Source of the DNA: Octopus vulgaris
Taxonomy: Eukaryota
DNA length: 64,000 bases
Assembly: GCA_951406725.2 (NCBI GenBank)
Contig: OX597814.1
Coordinates: 216,318,001 to 216,382,000 of the forward strand
Direction: 5' to 3'
Under the pieces are notes generated by a model. It had not been told where the DNA came from, did no database searches, and was given only the letters and a program-made list of their open reading frames with translations. The number at the start of each line of letters is the position of its first letter. The first letter of the stretch is position 1. The translations under genes and the position numbers were made by a program. This document shows, one piece after another, positions 48,944-62,822 of this stretch.

Positions 48944-51900
48944 TGTTGTACAACACCCCTGACGAGAGTAGATGGCACCACTTCATATAAATAGAATCTG
49001 TCTGACGTAGTCGGGAGTTCACAGTTTGGTCTTTGAAGTCCAGATACAGTTTAGAGTTTGAGTTGGTGTGTTGGAAATACTGATTGTTGGTTCGTTGTGT
49101 TTTTTTTACTGCTGCTGTTTCTATTTTGTATTGTTATAACACTGTTACAGTGTAGTCTTTATCTATCATCAACAACATTGGAGGCGTAAAGATATAACAT
49201 CTCACAACGAGGATTTTTCAAAGCTCACAGAGGTTATTTGTCAATTTGAGCATCATACAAATTGCTAAATTATGGAGAAGCTATTAGCAGCAGTAATACA
49301 GCTTCAAGAGAAGCAACCAAAACAACTACAGGAGTTACAGAAGCAAATATTACAACAACAACAATGGTTAACTGAGTTACAGTGAAGGAAGTTTAAAAAT
49401 TCGGTAAGTTCGTTTACAGCAGACATCATGGCAAACTCAATTTCTGAATTCACTTATAATCCAGAGGAGGGTATTATGTTTTCTGCATACCATAGAAGGT
49501 ACAAGGAAAATTTTAACAAGGGTTGCATGTAATAATCAAAGATCATTATTTATCACTCAAATGGAATGTTGGAACTTAATGAAAAATGATGACCTTATTA
49601 CATATGCCAGAGAAGTTAACCATATGTGTGAAAATTCTAAACTTTAGGAACTCACTGAGGATATGTTTAAATCGCTTATCTTCATAGAAAGCCTTATGGC
49701 AAATGAAGATAGAGAAATTCAGGCAAGGGTTTTCTAAAATGGAGCAAGCGAACCAAGACTGCAATGGTCTACAGACCATTGCAGAAGAATGTCAAACAAT
49801 GGTAAACCTGAAGCACTGCATGAAAATAATTCAAGAAAAAGATTCTGCAAAAATACAGATGTGTCAACCCGGAAAGTACAACCAAAAAACAGTGCCAGGC
49901 CCCAATCCATGTTACTGATGTGAAGGCCTACACTTCAGGGAAGCGTGTCCGTTTAAAAACCAAAAATGCTGTAGGTGTCAGAAACTTGGTGGCAAGAGCT
50001 CACACTGTAGGACAAGATTACGAGAGTTGGATGCAAAATGTTCAAAGTGAATGCAACACAAAAACAAGAATATTCATACAAACAAAAATAAGCATTAAAC
50101 AACAGCTGGATACGGGTAGGGATATTTCTATCATTAATGCGGATACATGGGCAAAAATTGGGAAACTGAGGTTGAGTAAACGGGCGATAAACTACATTTC
50201 ATGGGTGAAATGTGTACAGGCATCACATTTCAAGGAGAAACATGCAAAGCCAAAATATTCTTTGTGGAGAATACAATCAATCAGTTTGGTAAAGATTGGT
50301 TGGAGTTATTTGACCTATGGTACCTCCCCATAAGTCTCTACTACAAAAACATAAATGGTTGTCCTGTTAGAAATAAATCGTGTGAGGAATTGATGTTTCC
50401 CCAAGTACTATCAGTGGACATAGGTCTATATAAAAAGACCAATGCCTGCTTTTAAATAAGTTAAAACGCTGTGCCTATATTTAAATCTAACAGAAAAGTA
50501 CCATCTGCAGCAATTGAAATCATAAATAAAGAGTTAGACAGACTGGAAAAGAGTGGATTCATCTAAAAAGTGGATTACTCTAAGTGGGCAGCACCCATGT
50601 TGTACATTAAGAAGAAAAATGATAATATTAGACTGTGTGCCAATTATCTCTACAGGATTAAAAGACTGCTTAAAGATATGCCACCATCCACTCTTGATAC
50701 CAGAGGACATTTTCGCAAAAATTAAATGGTGGAAAAAATTTCTCTAAATTGGATCTGTCTGACTCTTATTTACATATTAAAGTAAATGACAAATGCTCAA
50801 AGTATCTGAAAATAAATGTACACAGAGGATTGTACAGACATACCTGGTTAGCTTTTGGATTAAAGGTTACACCGGCAATATTTCAGCAAATCATGGATGC
50901 TATGTTATATGATTGTGAATTTACAGTCCCTTATTTAGACAAAATATTGATTAAAAGTAATTCATGTGAACAGCATATTGAGCATATAAAAGCTGTGTTC
51001 AAGAAAATTAAAGAGTACAGGTTCAATTTGAGTGAAGTAAAATGCAAATTCTTTTTGCCTCAAATTAAGTACTTAGGGCAAAGGATTGATAAAAATGGTA
51101 GATGGCCTGATCCATCGAGGGCAGATGCAATAAAGAATGTGCCTGTTCTGACAAATATACCAACGTTATAAGTGTTTGTTGGGCTGGCAAACTACTACCA
51201 AAACTACATTCTTAACATGCACAGATTAAGAGCTCAATTGAATGACTTATTAAAAAGGAAGTAAAGTGGAATTGGTTGGTTAAAAATGCCAAAATGCAAT
51301 TGAAAAAATTTGAAAAATTCTAATCGCAGATATTGTGTCTACTGTATTTTCATCCTGAAATAGACATTGTTGTAGCATCTAATGCTTTGGAGTATGGAAT
51401 TGCAGATTTGCTACATGAGTATGAAGATGGAATTAGGAAACCAGTGATTCCTGTTTCATGTTAGCTGATAGCAGCAGAGAAAAAATACAGTCCACTAGAA
51501 AAAGAAGCCCTAACGATTACTTTTACTGTGGAAACATTTTGCAGGTTTCTACATGGTAAAAGTTTTCCCTTACAAACAGACCATCAACCATTGCTATCAA
51601 TTTATGGATCAATGAAAGGGTTACCTACCCATACAGCAACCTGGCTACAACATTAGGGTATAACATTACTAAATTGCAATTTCAAAATGCAGTATGTTCC
51701 ATCAAAATAAATTAGTCTTGCACACTGTTTATCAAGACTAATTCCCCAAATTACGGAACCAGTAGAAGATACTGTAATAGCCACACCGCAGGCAGAAAAT
51801 GAAATAGAAAGTATTCATCTAATAACGACTCCGTTCAGAAAGCTCGAATAGAAGATGTCATTCGAGGAAAGAAAACTGTACAATGAATATCCACAGAACC

Positions 51901-53676
51901 AAGCTGTAGCTTTTGAATACTTTTACTTCGGGTCACAATATATACAAGTTGAATAAATCACGAAAGGTGTTTACAAGTGAAAGGCCATGTTCATCTTCTG
52001 TGCATTTAGACATTGAGCGTCAGATCTTCTCAATGTCTGTTAGCTGTTGTGTACCTTATGCAAGAGCTAAAGATAGTCACATCCTCGCATTCTGCTCTCA
52101 ATGAGAAAGAGGAAGGACTAAGTGCCGGAACCTCAGAGTTACATGCTGTGCCACCTAGTGGTGAGCTATTTAGACACCTATCATCAGGAGACGTAACTGT
52201 GCCTACAAGTATTATGACTGATATATGTTATCCAAGAACTGCCAATAACTGCACAGAATATAAGAATGAAATCAGTAGACAATGAGTATATTACAGAAAT
52301 GAAAGAAACTTTAAAATAGAAGCAGAATAAAAATACAAATTCAAGTAGTTTCTCAATATGCAACGATAGTAAAGAGTTGTAGTACCAACTGCATTACAAA
52401 AACGTGTATTGCAGCAATTCCACAGCTGACACCCAGTAATGTCGAGGACAAAAAAACTACGTCTGTTGGCCAACTATGGACTGAGATACCAAAAAGTTGG
52501 CGAGAACTTGTCGCCAATAAAATGCCAATCATGGCCAGAGACTGAGAACCCATGGTCTGGGTTACATATCAACTATGCCAGACTGGAGAACAGTGCTTAC
52601 TATCAAATCGTGGTAGGCAACTGTACAAAGTGGCCAGAGGCATGCAAGGGCAATAAACCAACCACTAAGACAACTATAAAGTTCCTATATGAATTGTTTG
52701 CATGATACAGTATTCTAGACACATTAGTTTCTGATAATTGAAAGCAAATCTCAGGTATGAATTCAAGAACTTCTGTAAAATGCATGCGATAAAGCATACT
52801 TGCATTCCAGGTCAAATGGACAGATAGAAAGGTTCGTGGGCTCATTTAAAAGTGCGTTAAGAAAAGCTAGGAACAAATTAAGTAATGACAAATCACTAAC
52901 AAAATTCTTAAGGGTATATAGTGTAAGCACCAATCCAAGTTCAAATTCAGGAAAGTCACCCACAGAATTGATGTTTACAAGAAGAGTAAAATCGATTTTT
53001 GATAAGTTATTTCCCAGAGAAAATAAGATGTAAAGGAAATATGAAAGATGCAACAAAATATTTTGAAGTAGGAGGTAAATGGCATTTTAGAACCTACAGA
53101 AATGGTAAAGAAGGCTGGAAGGATGGCCTTGTAACCAAATAAATAGGAAGTATGATGTATCTAATTAAAGGATCATGCTGGGAACATAAGAGACATGTAA
53201 TTCAGCTAAAGAAGAGAAATTCCTATAGAAATATTTTTTGATGTATTCGATGTCCCAGCACCAAAAGTAATCAAGTCCCATAGAACCAGCATGAGAAAAT
53301 GGAAGCAGACCAAACACCTTGAGATAAGGCCCAAGCAAAAAAATACTAAACAATAATAATAAATAAAATTTCTTTATTCCTTTGGAACCTGAAATCTCAA
53401 AAGGGGGGATGTTGTGGCAAATGTAAAAGACCGAGTGACAAGAATAGATGGGACCACTACATATTAATAGTAGTGGTCTGACATAGTCAGGAGTTCATAG
53501 TTTGGTCTTCAAAGTCCAGATACAGTTTAGAGTTTGAGTTGGTGTGTTGGAAATATTGATTGTTGGTTCCTTAAGTGTTTCTATTTTGTATTGTTATAAC
53601 ACTGTTACAGTGTATTCTTTATCTATCATCGACAATATCAACCGTACAACGATATTGGAGGCATAAGGATATAACA
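48944..53676 (+). mobile_element. Full-length degenerate Ty3/Gypsy LTR retrotransposon (Mag/K02A2.6-like)
   Basis: LTRs 48944-49199 and 53410-53676 (TG...CA), 5-bp TSD ATATT, PPT AAAAGGGGGGA. QLDTG protease, LDLSDSYL/FGLKVTPAIFQ RT, LQTDHQPL RNase H, HSRSNGQIERF integrase; many stops. Confidence 0.92.
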
Positions 53677-53837
53677 ATATTTGATGGAGAGAAACCTCCT
53701 GAAAATGTGGGCAGTTGATGTCAACACAATTGAGACTCATAAATTGTTGGTTTCTCGGCATGGACGGAAACCACACAATGAGCAAAAGGGCAGAAGCTCA
53801 CTCGATCTTGTTTTTCAGTACAAATATTATTATTGGA

Positions 53838-55470
53838 TGAGAGAGCAATGCATGCCATCAAAGTGACACTGGGAGCCAAATACACAAATCCAAATATACC
53901 CATCATGACTGCCCATCTGATAAGGGTACACTAGGCACAAGCATCACAACCATGTGTGCAACATGGCAATCTTATAGTAAGAAAGTGCATGACCTTGCAA
54001 GCAGGCCCCAGTTAGATTTTTCTTCAGTTAGAGTAGACCATCCTGCTCAAAAGGTTCCTGAATAAAGGTTGTTTAACCCTTTCGTTACTATATTTCTGAC
54101 CAAAATACACCCCTTATGTGTTTCAATTAATTTCTAACATAATCATAAATTTAGTCTGGTTTCATTAAACAACTATAACTTTTTTATTTATCAATATATT
54201 AATGTGAATTTTGGAAGATAATCTAATGAAATGTTCTCAACCAATTCTATACTATAATTTTTGTCACAAAGTGACTAATTGCAGGTAGATACAGGTAAAT
54301 TCAAAATATAAAATTATTAAAATTTTGTTCAAACATCGCTATAGAAAATGGGTTATTAGCTAATATTCAATTGGGTATACAACAAAATTTTACGATAGAA
54401 TTTGTTATTCTGGGTAACTTTCTGATACCCATAATAATATTTATTGCAAAATAGTCTTAATTTCATTTAAGGTTATGGGAAACCACTAACTATCCTTTCT
54501 TTCGCTTTGTTTACATTTAGCGTAACGGTTCGTTTCCGCCGTAATGATTTCAAATAGGCTCATTCGAAAAAGTAAAAAGAAATAGTCTAAGGCTTTACTC
54601 TTCTGGGAAAGTCTGTGGCTTGGTCCAGTTTCTTCAGAAAAATCACCGAAAGAAACAGTTTTTAAATTTTCACTCCATTCAGGTGCCAATTCATTTTCTT
54701 TATCACTGTCGGAGCTCTCGGATTCACTGTTTCCACTTTCGGAAAATGAAACATCAGATTCATTATCAAATACCACATGCTTTTTTTTTTCAGTCATAGA
54801 GTTAGATTTATGAAGGTCTTCAGTAAAAAATCCTTCGAATTCTGACTCGCTGCTTGATATAATGAAATTCGTATCCATTTTTTGTCAGAATTACAAATTT
54901 TGAAAACACAATAAGAACAAATTACGGAAAAAAATCTCCCAAAATTCAGGGAATTAAAATTACACTTCGATTGTTGTACAAAACTGTAGTTGAATTGTTT
55001 ATGAAGTATAATACGTGTTTTCACGAATGTACTAAAGAGATTTGCTCTGATATTCTCATTTAAATATGAATAGGTAAATATAGGCGGCTTTGGGCGGTTT
55101 GGTCACATTAACCAAAATTTTTTCGGGCGGCTTTGGGCGGTTTGGTAACGAAAGGGTTAAGGATGATGAACAAAACACCCATGTTTTCAGGGATGAATTA
55201 TTCAAACTCTAAAGAATCCTGCTCAACGTATGGCTATGATGCTCCCCTACTACTTATGCTCATGATCAGAGATGTACATATCGTCAGCCACTAAGGGACC
55301 AGCTCAACTGGTTAAGGTCAAGCAACTGACAAGTAAATCTGATATTGAGCAGAATATTTGCTGTAGCCCATCTTTTATACCAAGACAAAACAATGTACAT
55401 GATAACACTTCCAATCAGTTAAAATCAAAAGCCATGAGGGCCACTGCCTGGTACAGCATCAGGTCATGTT
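53838..55470. mobile_element. SINE-like repeat interrupted by the piggyBac element
   Basis: Flanks rejoin as GGTTGTTTAA|GGATG, matching the uninterrupted copy at ~32335-32350. Confidence 0.7.
54077..55156 (-). mobile_element. piggyBac transposon, internally deleted (1.08 kb)
   Basis: TTAA TSD at 54073-54076 and 55157-55160; TIR CCCTTTCGTTAC/GTAACGAAAGGG. ORF 54486-54878(-) encodes a PGBD4-like transposase N-terminus (ALDYFFLLF...IITAETNRYA). Confidence 0.92.
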
Positions 55471-55799
55471 ATTTATTTATTATTATTATTTGCTTTTCTT
55501 TCAATTTTGTTACCATTTCTTGCTGAGTGCCTTCTTGACACCTAGAGCAAAAAACTCACTTTGTACATTGATAGGCAATTAAAATAAACACACCAGGTTG
55601 TTCATTTACAAAATCAGATGAAATTATGTGGAAAACAAAATTTACACGGATGGTTATCATTGTCACATCAACAATTTTCTACTCAAAATGTAACGTATCA
55701 GTTAAAACAAACATTTGTACTTCTTGTGCTGGCATTCTAACCACATTGATATAACACATTTTCCAATTTCAATGAGAAAATCTTTATATTACTATTATT

Positions 55800-56878
55800 A
55801 GATTTTCTGGGCAGGGAACACTGACGGGGTCGGGGGCGTGAGTATACTTCACGCGGAGAAATGGGTTAATAAGGTAATCGCGGTAGTCAAAATATGTGAC
55901 AGACTACTTAAGATTAGATTAGTGCTTCACCATAGTTCAGCTACCATTATCTCGGCCTATTCCCCTCAACCAGGGCTAACAGAGGGGCAGAAAGACCGAT
56001 TCTATGACACCCTATTGCAGACTACCTCGTTGACAAATGACAGGGACCTTCTCTTTGTGGCTGGTGATTTCAATGAACATGTTGGACAATGTGCAGGGGG
56101 GTTCCATGCCATACATGGAGGCTATGGTTTTGGTTCCCACAATGAAGAGGCAACCAGGCTGCTGGAGTTCTGCAATGCAAATGCTCTTATGGTTTGCAAT
56201 ACCAACTTAAGGAAACTTGCCCATCACCTAGTCACCTATCGTTCTGGCAGACAAACAAGCCAAATTAACTATATCCTCAACAGAAAAAGGGAAAGATGGC
56301 TGCTTATAAGTGCCAAAACCTTCCCAGATGAAGAATGTACCCCTCAACATAGATTAGTAGTTAGCGACTTCAGGATTAGGGCTAAATGGATGCCCAGAAG
56401 AAGACCAGCCTGGAGGAGAAGGGTTTGGAAACTTAAACATCCTGTAAATGGGCAGAGATTTAGAGACATATTACTCAAAGCCTTTGATGAAATAGAAAGG
56501 GATATAGCATCACATAATGTGGAAGACAACTGGAGGTTTCTACGGGACAACTTGCTGAGAGCCACTGACCAGATCTGTGGCTGGTGCAAAGTCCCCTCTC
56601 GACCCAAGGTGACGTGGTGGTGGAACAATGTGGTTGACAGGGCTATAAGACAAAAGAAACAGGCTTGGAAGGACAGGAAGAACCGCCTGCATCTGTGCTG
56701 GTGGCACGTAAAAAGCACCCACTACACTCACGGAGTGGTTGGCATTAGGAAGGGCATCCAGCTGTAGAAACACTGCCAGATCAGACTGGAGCCTGGTGCA
56801 GCCTTCTGGCTTCCCAGACCCCAGTCGAACCATCCAACCCATGCTAGCATGGAAAACAGACATTAAACGATGATGATT
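55800..56878 (+). mobile_element. RTE-clade LINE endonuclease region joined directly to the 3' tail (RT deleted)
   Basis: ORF 55838-56767: ISAYSPQPG, VAGDFNEHVG, VTYRSG..SQINYIL, QHRLVVSDF, then runs into the tail repeat and (GAT)n. Confidence 0.85.
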
Positions 56879-56899
56879 CATATATGTACAACAGATTAG

Positions 56900-57835
56900 A
56901 CTGTTGAAAAGAAAAATTCCTAACATCAGGCTACAACAGAGTAACCTTAGATGCCAAGAACCCTCCTAAGTATCCAAGCTGTCCCTAATAACACTGTTTT
57001 CTGCCACTGTACTAAACAGGGTTTTATGTCTATTTCCTCTATCCATCTGTTCAGATCTTTAGGGATAGTTCCTAATGCACGTATAACTACAGGGATACCT
57101 TTTACACTCACTTTCTATAGTCTCTGTAATTCAATGGCTAGGTCCTGGTACTTTGCTATTTTTTCTATACTTTTCATATTAATTTTTTCATCATTTGGGA
57201 CTATAAAATCAGTTATATAGCACTTTCTGTTCTCTTTGTCTATAACTACTGAATCAGGCCTAAATTCTGTTCCTCTGTCAATCTGAATGTTAATGTCTCA
57301 CATCTTATATTTTTTATATCTAGTACTCTACTAGGTTCGTGAACATATGATTTATTAGTATGGTCAAATTTCAGCTTTCTACATAACACCCTGTGGATTG
57401 CTCTCTCTGGGTTGTCTTTTCTTGTATTCTTTCTTTGCCATCATGTTACATTCACTTACTATATGAGTAACACTTTTCTCTTTTGATTTGCATAACCTAC
57501 ACTGGGAATCTACTTGGTTATTGTCTATCTTGGCCTTTATCCAATTAGTCCTTAATGCATGATTTTGTGCTGCTACTAACAAACTTTCTGTCTCCCTATA
57601 CAGCCATCCTTTAAGCAAACATAACCATGTCTCACTACTACTATTTACTGAAACTATCTTTGGAAATCTACCATGCAATGCCTTCTCCTGCCAGTCAGAT
57701 AATTTCTGTTCCTTTTTTCTGATTTTTAAGTTCGTTTGGTATTTTGGTTGGTTTCCAAACTTTCTTTACTACAACTTACATAGTAGTCTATATCTATTCT
57801 AACTCCATGCAGTCTTCTACCGATATTAGCTCTCT
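56900..57835 (-). mobile_element. R4/Dong-like non-LTR retrotransposon 3' fragment
   Basis: HGRF...ETESLLVAAQNHALRTNWIKAKID...CRLCKSKEKSVTHIVSEC (zinc knuckle), followed by an RLE-like region. Confidence 0.8.
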
Positions 57836-57839
57836 TTTT

Positions 57840-59150
57840 ATTATTAGTCCTCTTATTATTGTTATCGTTATTTTTATTATCATCTTTCAGTTCTGTTTCT
57901 ATTTCTTGCTAAGTGTCTTCCTGACACCTAGGGCAGAGAAATGTACTGTATACATTGGTAGGCCATTAAAATAAACACGGCAGATTGTTCATTTACAAAG
58001 TCATGTGATAGAGAAAAAGAGAAGAAAGACAGAAAAAAGGAAAAAATAAACAAAGAAAATAAAAGGGAAAAAAGGAAAGAAAATTCACAGCAACAATGCT
58101 CTTCTCAATACGTGTGACCAGTTACCAGTTAAGACAATCCTTTGAACTTCCTGCATGGATGGTAATCCACGGATCATTCTTAAATTATTTTCAGTTCCTT
58201 TTTTGATCATTCCAAGTGCTCCTACAATCACTGGTGTTGTAGACATCTTGAGATGCCACATCTTTTTGATTTCAATCAGCAGATCGTTATATTTTCTGAG
58301 CTTATCAAATTCTTTTGCTGAGATATCATAGTCACAAAGTACGCTCACATCAATCAATAAACAGACTTTATTGTTTTGGTCTTTCACAATAATTTCTGGT
58401 TTATTAGCTTTGATGGTCACATCTGTACATACTGGGAAGTCCCAAAGAATCGTTACATTTTCTCCCTCTCTAACAGCCTCAGGGTGGTGCTTGTACCATT
58501 TGTCAGCAATTTTGATTTTATGACACTGATACATTATCCAAAGTAGATATTGGTCGACACTGTCATGTCTTGATTTATACTCTACAGGTGCTAAATCATT
58601 ACACCCAGAGATTAGGTGGTCCACTGTTTCAATCCCATTGTTGCAGTATCAGCACTTTGGGTCAACACCATTTTTTATCACAGGATTCATTGGAGCTCCT
58701 GCAGTCTTGCATGCATAGTGAGCTTATTACCCTCTGCCAATGGTACCATGCTTTCCATTCTCTTCAGCTCTCTAATACATTCCTTTTCAGCCTTCATTTC
58801 TTCAACCATAATTATGTCTCACTATTATTACTTCTTGCAACTATCCTTGGGAGTCACCATGCTAAGCCTTCCATTGGCTGTCAAATAATCTTTCTTCTTT
58901 TTTCTAGTTTTTGATATCATTTAGCTTTTTGGTTTCCCTATGTTCTGCTGTGTCTCTGGCAGCTCTTAATAAACTCACTTCACTATTACCTACACAAGAG
59001 ACTATATCTACCCCAGGTTACTCCACACAGTCTTCTACTCATATTAGCCATCTTTCACCTTCCATTCTAAGTAAGTAAAATCTTGCTACTCTGGCTCTTG
59101 GGTGAAGTCCTCTTTTCATATTGAATTCCTTCCTAGTTCTTCAGTTGGAT
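57840..59150 (-). mobile_element. Second R4/Dong-like element: RT end, RLE and 3' UTR ending in TAA-rich sequence
   Basis: ORF 58085-58624(-): DHLISGC..YKSRHD..ILWDF..KPEIIV..LIDVS..KLRKY..PVIVGALG; the same 3' UTR also occurs at ~55480-55620. Confidence 0.82.
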
Positions 59151-59459
59151 TTTGAAATTCATGTGCATAAATGTGTATGGCGTGGGGGGAGTGGCACCCT
59201 AGCATTAGTAATTGTGAACACAAGTTAGTACATACGTACTTATTTGCACATAGACTTACTCAGAGTCGAGTGTGGACATTAAATTATTTTTCACATTAGA
59301 ACTACAAAAACCTTCAAAAGGAAAATTAACAAATGAAGTGGAACCCACTGTGATAGTGATTCTTAGTAACAGGTGTTAGCGGCAGTGGTGAGCTCTCTCT
59401 CTCTCTCTATTTATATACATATATATATATATTTTTTCTTTGTTGATTTTTTTTTTCAG

Positions 59460-59829
59460 AAGCTGAGTTTAAGGAATATTAGTAGAATACATAAAATCCA
59501 GATTTCTATCAGTGAAACAATTACAATTTATGGCAGACATTCTCATGTAAAAGATGCTAAAATCTCTGTCCAATCATTATTAATGGAATTCAAAGAAACT
59601 GATGAGGAAACTCTTCTTAAAACAATGGTACAATGGTCTTACTTTGATGAAAATAATCCAGAAAACGTAAGAATGTTTAGTGACAAAGAAAATGCCAAGC
59701 TTGAGAAAGCATACTCACTGCAAAAGAAATTCCTTGATTGGAACAACAGAAGATACGATTTTCAGAAAATGACTTTTCAACTCGGAGGGAGCAAATTTAA
59801 AATGAAAAGAAAACAGAACCTAAAGGACG
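59460..59829 (+). CDS. PARP14: PARP14-like exon: KH-like end + WWE domain
   Basis: ttttcag|AAG...GACG|gtacgt. ITIYGRHSHVKDAK...VQWSYFDENN..FSDKENAKLEKAY..RRYDFQKM. Confidence 0.9.
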
Positions 59830-60238
59830 GTACGTGCATATTTTTACTATAAAGACATTCTCGTTTATTTTTTGGTGGGCTTTTTTTTTTAGCTATTATA
59901 ATAAAAGTGATATTCTGTCTGAATGTCTGGAACCTCTATACTTCAGTCTACAAATGCTCAACATAGAAATATTATATCCTTTTGGAATCAGAATGATCTC
60001 AGGATTGAAAATCTGCCCTTTATTTGGTTCTTGAACATCCAACATTGAGATCTGATTTAAAAGTATTTGTGTTATTATTTCTAGCAGGTAAAGCAGGGCT
60101 GATTCACACCATCCTGGTTGGCAGTATTTCTTGTCTAAACCTGAAAATTAATCAAAATATTCCTGTTTATTTTCAATAGAAAAAGGGTTCATAATTTTAA
60201 TTTTGTTCTGAAATATTTGATTTCTGTTTGGACTCTAG

Positions 60239-60372
60239 AATTGATCCCTAATACATGGTCAACAATGGAAAACGAGGAATTAATTAAAATTGTTCCAGTC
60301 AAAAATGGACCAGAATATGATGACATCAAGGCCACTTTCCATCAGGATTTGCCTTCGTATCGTATAATCAAA
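60239..60372 (+). CDS. PARP14: PARP14-like exon: start of PARP catalytic domain
   Basis: ctctag|AA...AAA|gtttgt. ELIPNTWSTMENEELIKIVPVKNGPEYDDIKATFHQDLPSYRIIK. Confidence 0.88.
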
Positions 60373-61089
60373 GTTTGTATTTTTATTTCTGTTTATAAAT
60401 AATATTTGATGGTTTATTGTTAAAACAAAATGTTAAGAGACATTTTGTTTGTATAAAAGATTTAATTCTCGTTGCATCTTCTTTGCGGCAGCATACCTGC
60501 TTCTGTCCTCAACCTTTACCTCTCTCTGTCTTGTCTCACTATAACTTTTCAACATCTGACACAAGATCTCCTCCTCCAATGCCCCCTCCCTTCTCAAAGG
60601 ATCCTTGTTTTGCAAGTTACTTGGTGACCCTGTCTGTGCTGGTGCCATTTAAAAAGCATCCACTCCACACTGTAAAGTGGTTGGCATTTGGAAGGGCATC
60701 CAGCTGTAAAAAGCCTGCTAAAACAGACACAGAAGTCTGGTGCAGGCCTCTGGCTGGCCAGATCCTGTCAAACCATCCCACCCATGCCAGCATAGAAGGT
60801 GGATATTAAACGATGATGATGAAGATGTATGAACTTATTTTGGGATTGTTCTAAGTGTTTTTGGATATTCACAAGAAATCTTTGCTCAACAAAAATACCT
60901 CTGCTTTAACTTCTTGCATTGAATTGTACATGCAACACCATTTTGCAGCTAAACTATTGTGCCTTACCAAAATTTACAGTTGAATCAAAATTGGTATCAA
61001 ATAAAAAAGAAAAAAAAAGCAGATAGGGTCGGGGTTTTTCACCACAAACGTTATTTCCTTGTCAAAGAAGTGAATTTTCCTTTCTACAG

Positions 61090-61267
61090 ATTGAGAGAAT
61101 TCAAAATAAAACATTATACCATGGATACCAAGCATTGAAAAGAAAGTTTGAGGTAGAAAATCCAAACATTACAAATGAAGTTGATGGCCTTTGGCATGGT
61201 ACTGCTGAAAGATCTGTTGAGGGAATAAATAAATCAGGATTCAACCGTAGCTATTGTGGTAAAAATG
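61090..61267 (+). CDS. PARP14: PARP14-like exon: catalytic domain with HGT motif
   Basis: ctacag|ATT...AATG|gtaagt. IERIQNKTLY...LWHGTAERSVEGINKSGFNRSYCGKN. Confidence 0.95.
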
Positions 61268-61989
61268 GTAAGTATATTATAATCAACATCATCATCATCA
61301 TCTACCCACCCTTCCTATTGTCCTGAGCTGGACAGTCACTCTCCACATTGATTGCTGTTTAGAATCCTTTCTCACACAGAGAGGATGCCATGTTGCCCAC
61401 ACATTCCATGTTTGGCATCGTTTCTACTGCCAGGTCCCCTTCCTAACATCTTCTGCTCTAGAGTAAACCAGGTGTATTTTATTATTGTGGAACCAACACT
61501 TTTATTTGGATTGGGAGGAAGGGTCTGTCCCCATCCATTAATGTTCCTCTTGAACCTTTGTAAATGAAAATATTGCAGGAAAGATAAGAGAAGGGGCAGA
61601 ATTCCAGAGGGGTAATGTTTTGGGGAAGAAGGACTAGGTGTAGTGGTAGGTCGGCAGGACTGGACAGAAATATCAACAAGTGAACACCAGGCCTAGCAAT
61701 CACCATTCTGAGTGTGTCAATTATAGATATACTGAGATAATCAATACAGTGTTGTTAACTCTCATTGAAATATTCAATGTCTGCTACGGCCTAGAAATTG
61801 GTTAAGGGACATTTAATAACTGTATAGAAATCTGATAAACAGAGGTCACTCCATTTAGATATCTCAAATGATCTTCTCTCACTAACTATTTTATCATCAT
61901 TTGGAATTAGATTTTAATGTGTATGGTGAATATGAATATGGGGAGAGTAGAAGAGTGATGTTCCACAAAATGCCATCCAAACAAGTTCA

Positions 61990-62822
61990 ATGGTAAATAT
62001 TGGCAATATTGTATACATCCACTGTAATTGACTCATGAAGCTGTAGTGGATGACACCAGCGCTGGACCACCAAACAGATTCCATTACCTATTTTTGGTGA
62101 ATATTTCTTTCTTGGGTTGTGTTTTGGCACTTCGTCTCTATACCACCACCATGCAGAACATTGCTATTGTTCAAAAGAATCCATTTTTCATCACACGTAA
62201 CAATACAATGCAAAAATGGTTTGCTTTTATGCCGTGAACAGTAAAGAACAGCAAGTTTCAAGATGACGTGTCATTTGATGCTCATTCAGTTTGTGTGTTA
62301 CCCACTTGTCCAGCTTATTTACCTTGCCAATTTGTTTCAAATGGACCAAAGCAGTTGGAATTGAAACATCAAACCTTGCTACTAACTCACTCGTAGTTTG
62401 AGATGTATCCATTTCCACTGGTTTCCAGCTCATCATTATCCACCTTGGTCTCAGGTCTACCACGGGGCTGATTTTCAAGAGTAAAGTCACCGGACCGGAA
62501 CTTCTCAAATGTACAGTGCACTCATTTGCCACATCTTTACCAAACACTCCATTGATGTTTCAAGCTGTCTGAGATAATTTGGTTCCATGACAGAACTTGT
62601 ATTCATAAACAACTCAAATTTTTAATCTGTCCATGGCTTCACAAAAATTGATTTACAAGAGAAAACTTACAATATAATCAAACACCATGAACTGCATTTC
62701 AGAAAGTGAATAAGTAACTCTTCAATGTTGCAAAACAGAGAATTGTCAGGATAAAACATTAGAGTTAATGACTGTCAAACTTGGTGCATAAGAAAACCAG
62801 ACATTTCATTCTTAATGACCTG
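61990..62822 (-). mobile_element. Mariner transposase relic (5' part)
   Basis: QTTSELVARFDVSIPTALVHLKQIGKVNKLDKWVTHKLNEHQ (WVPHEL-like motif). Confidence 0.78.
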
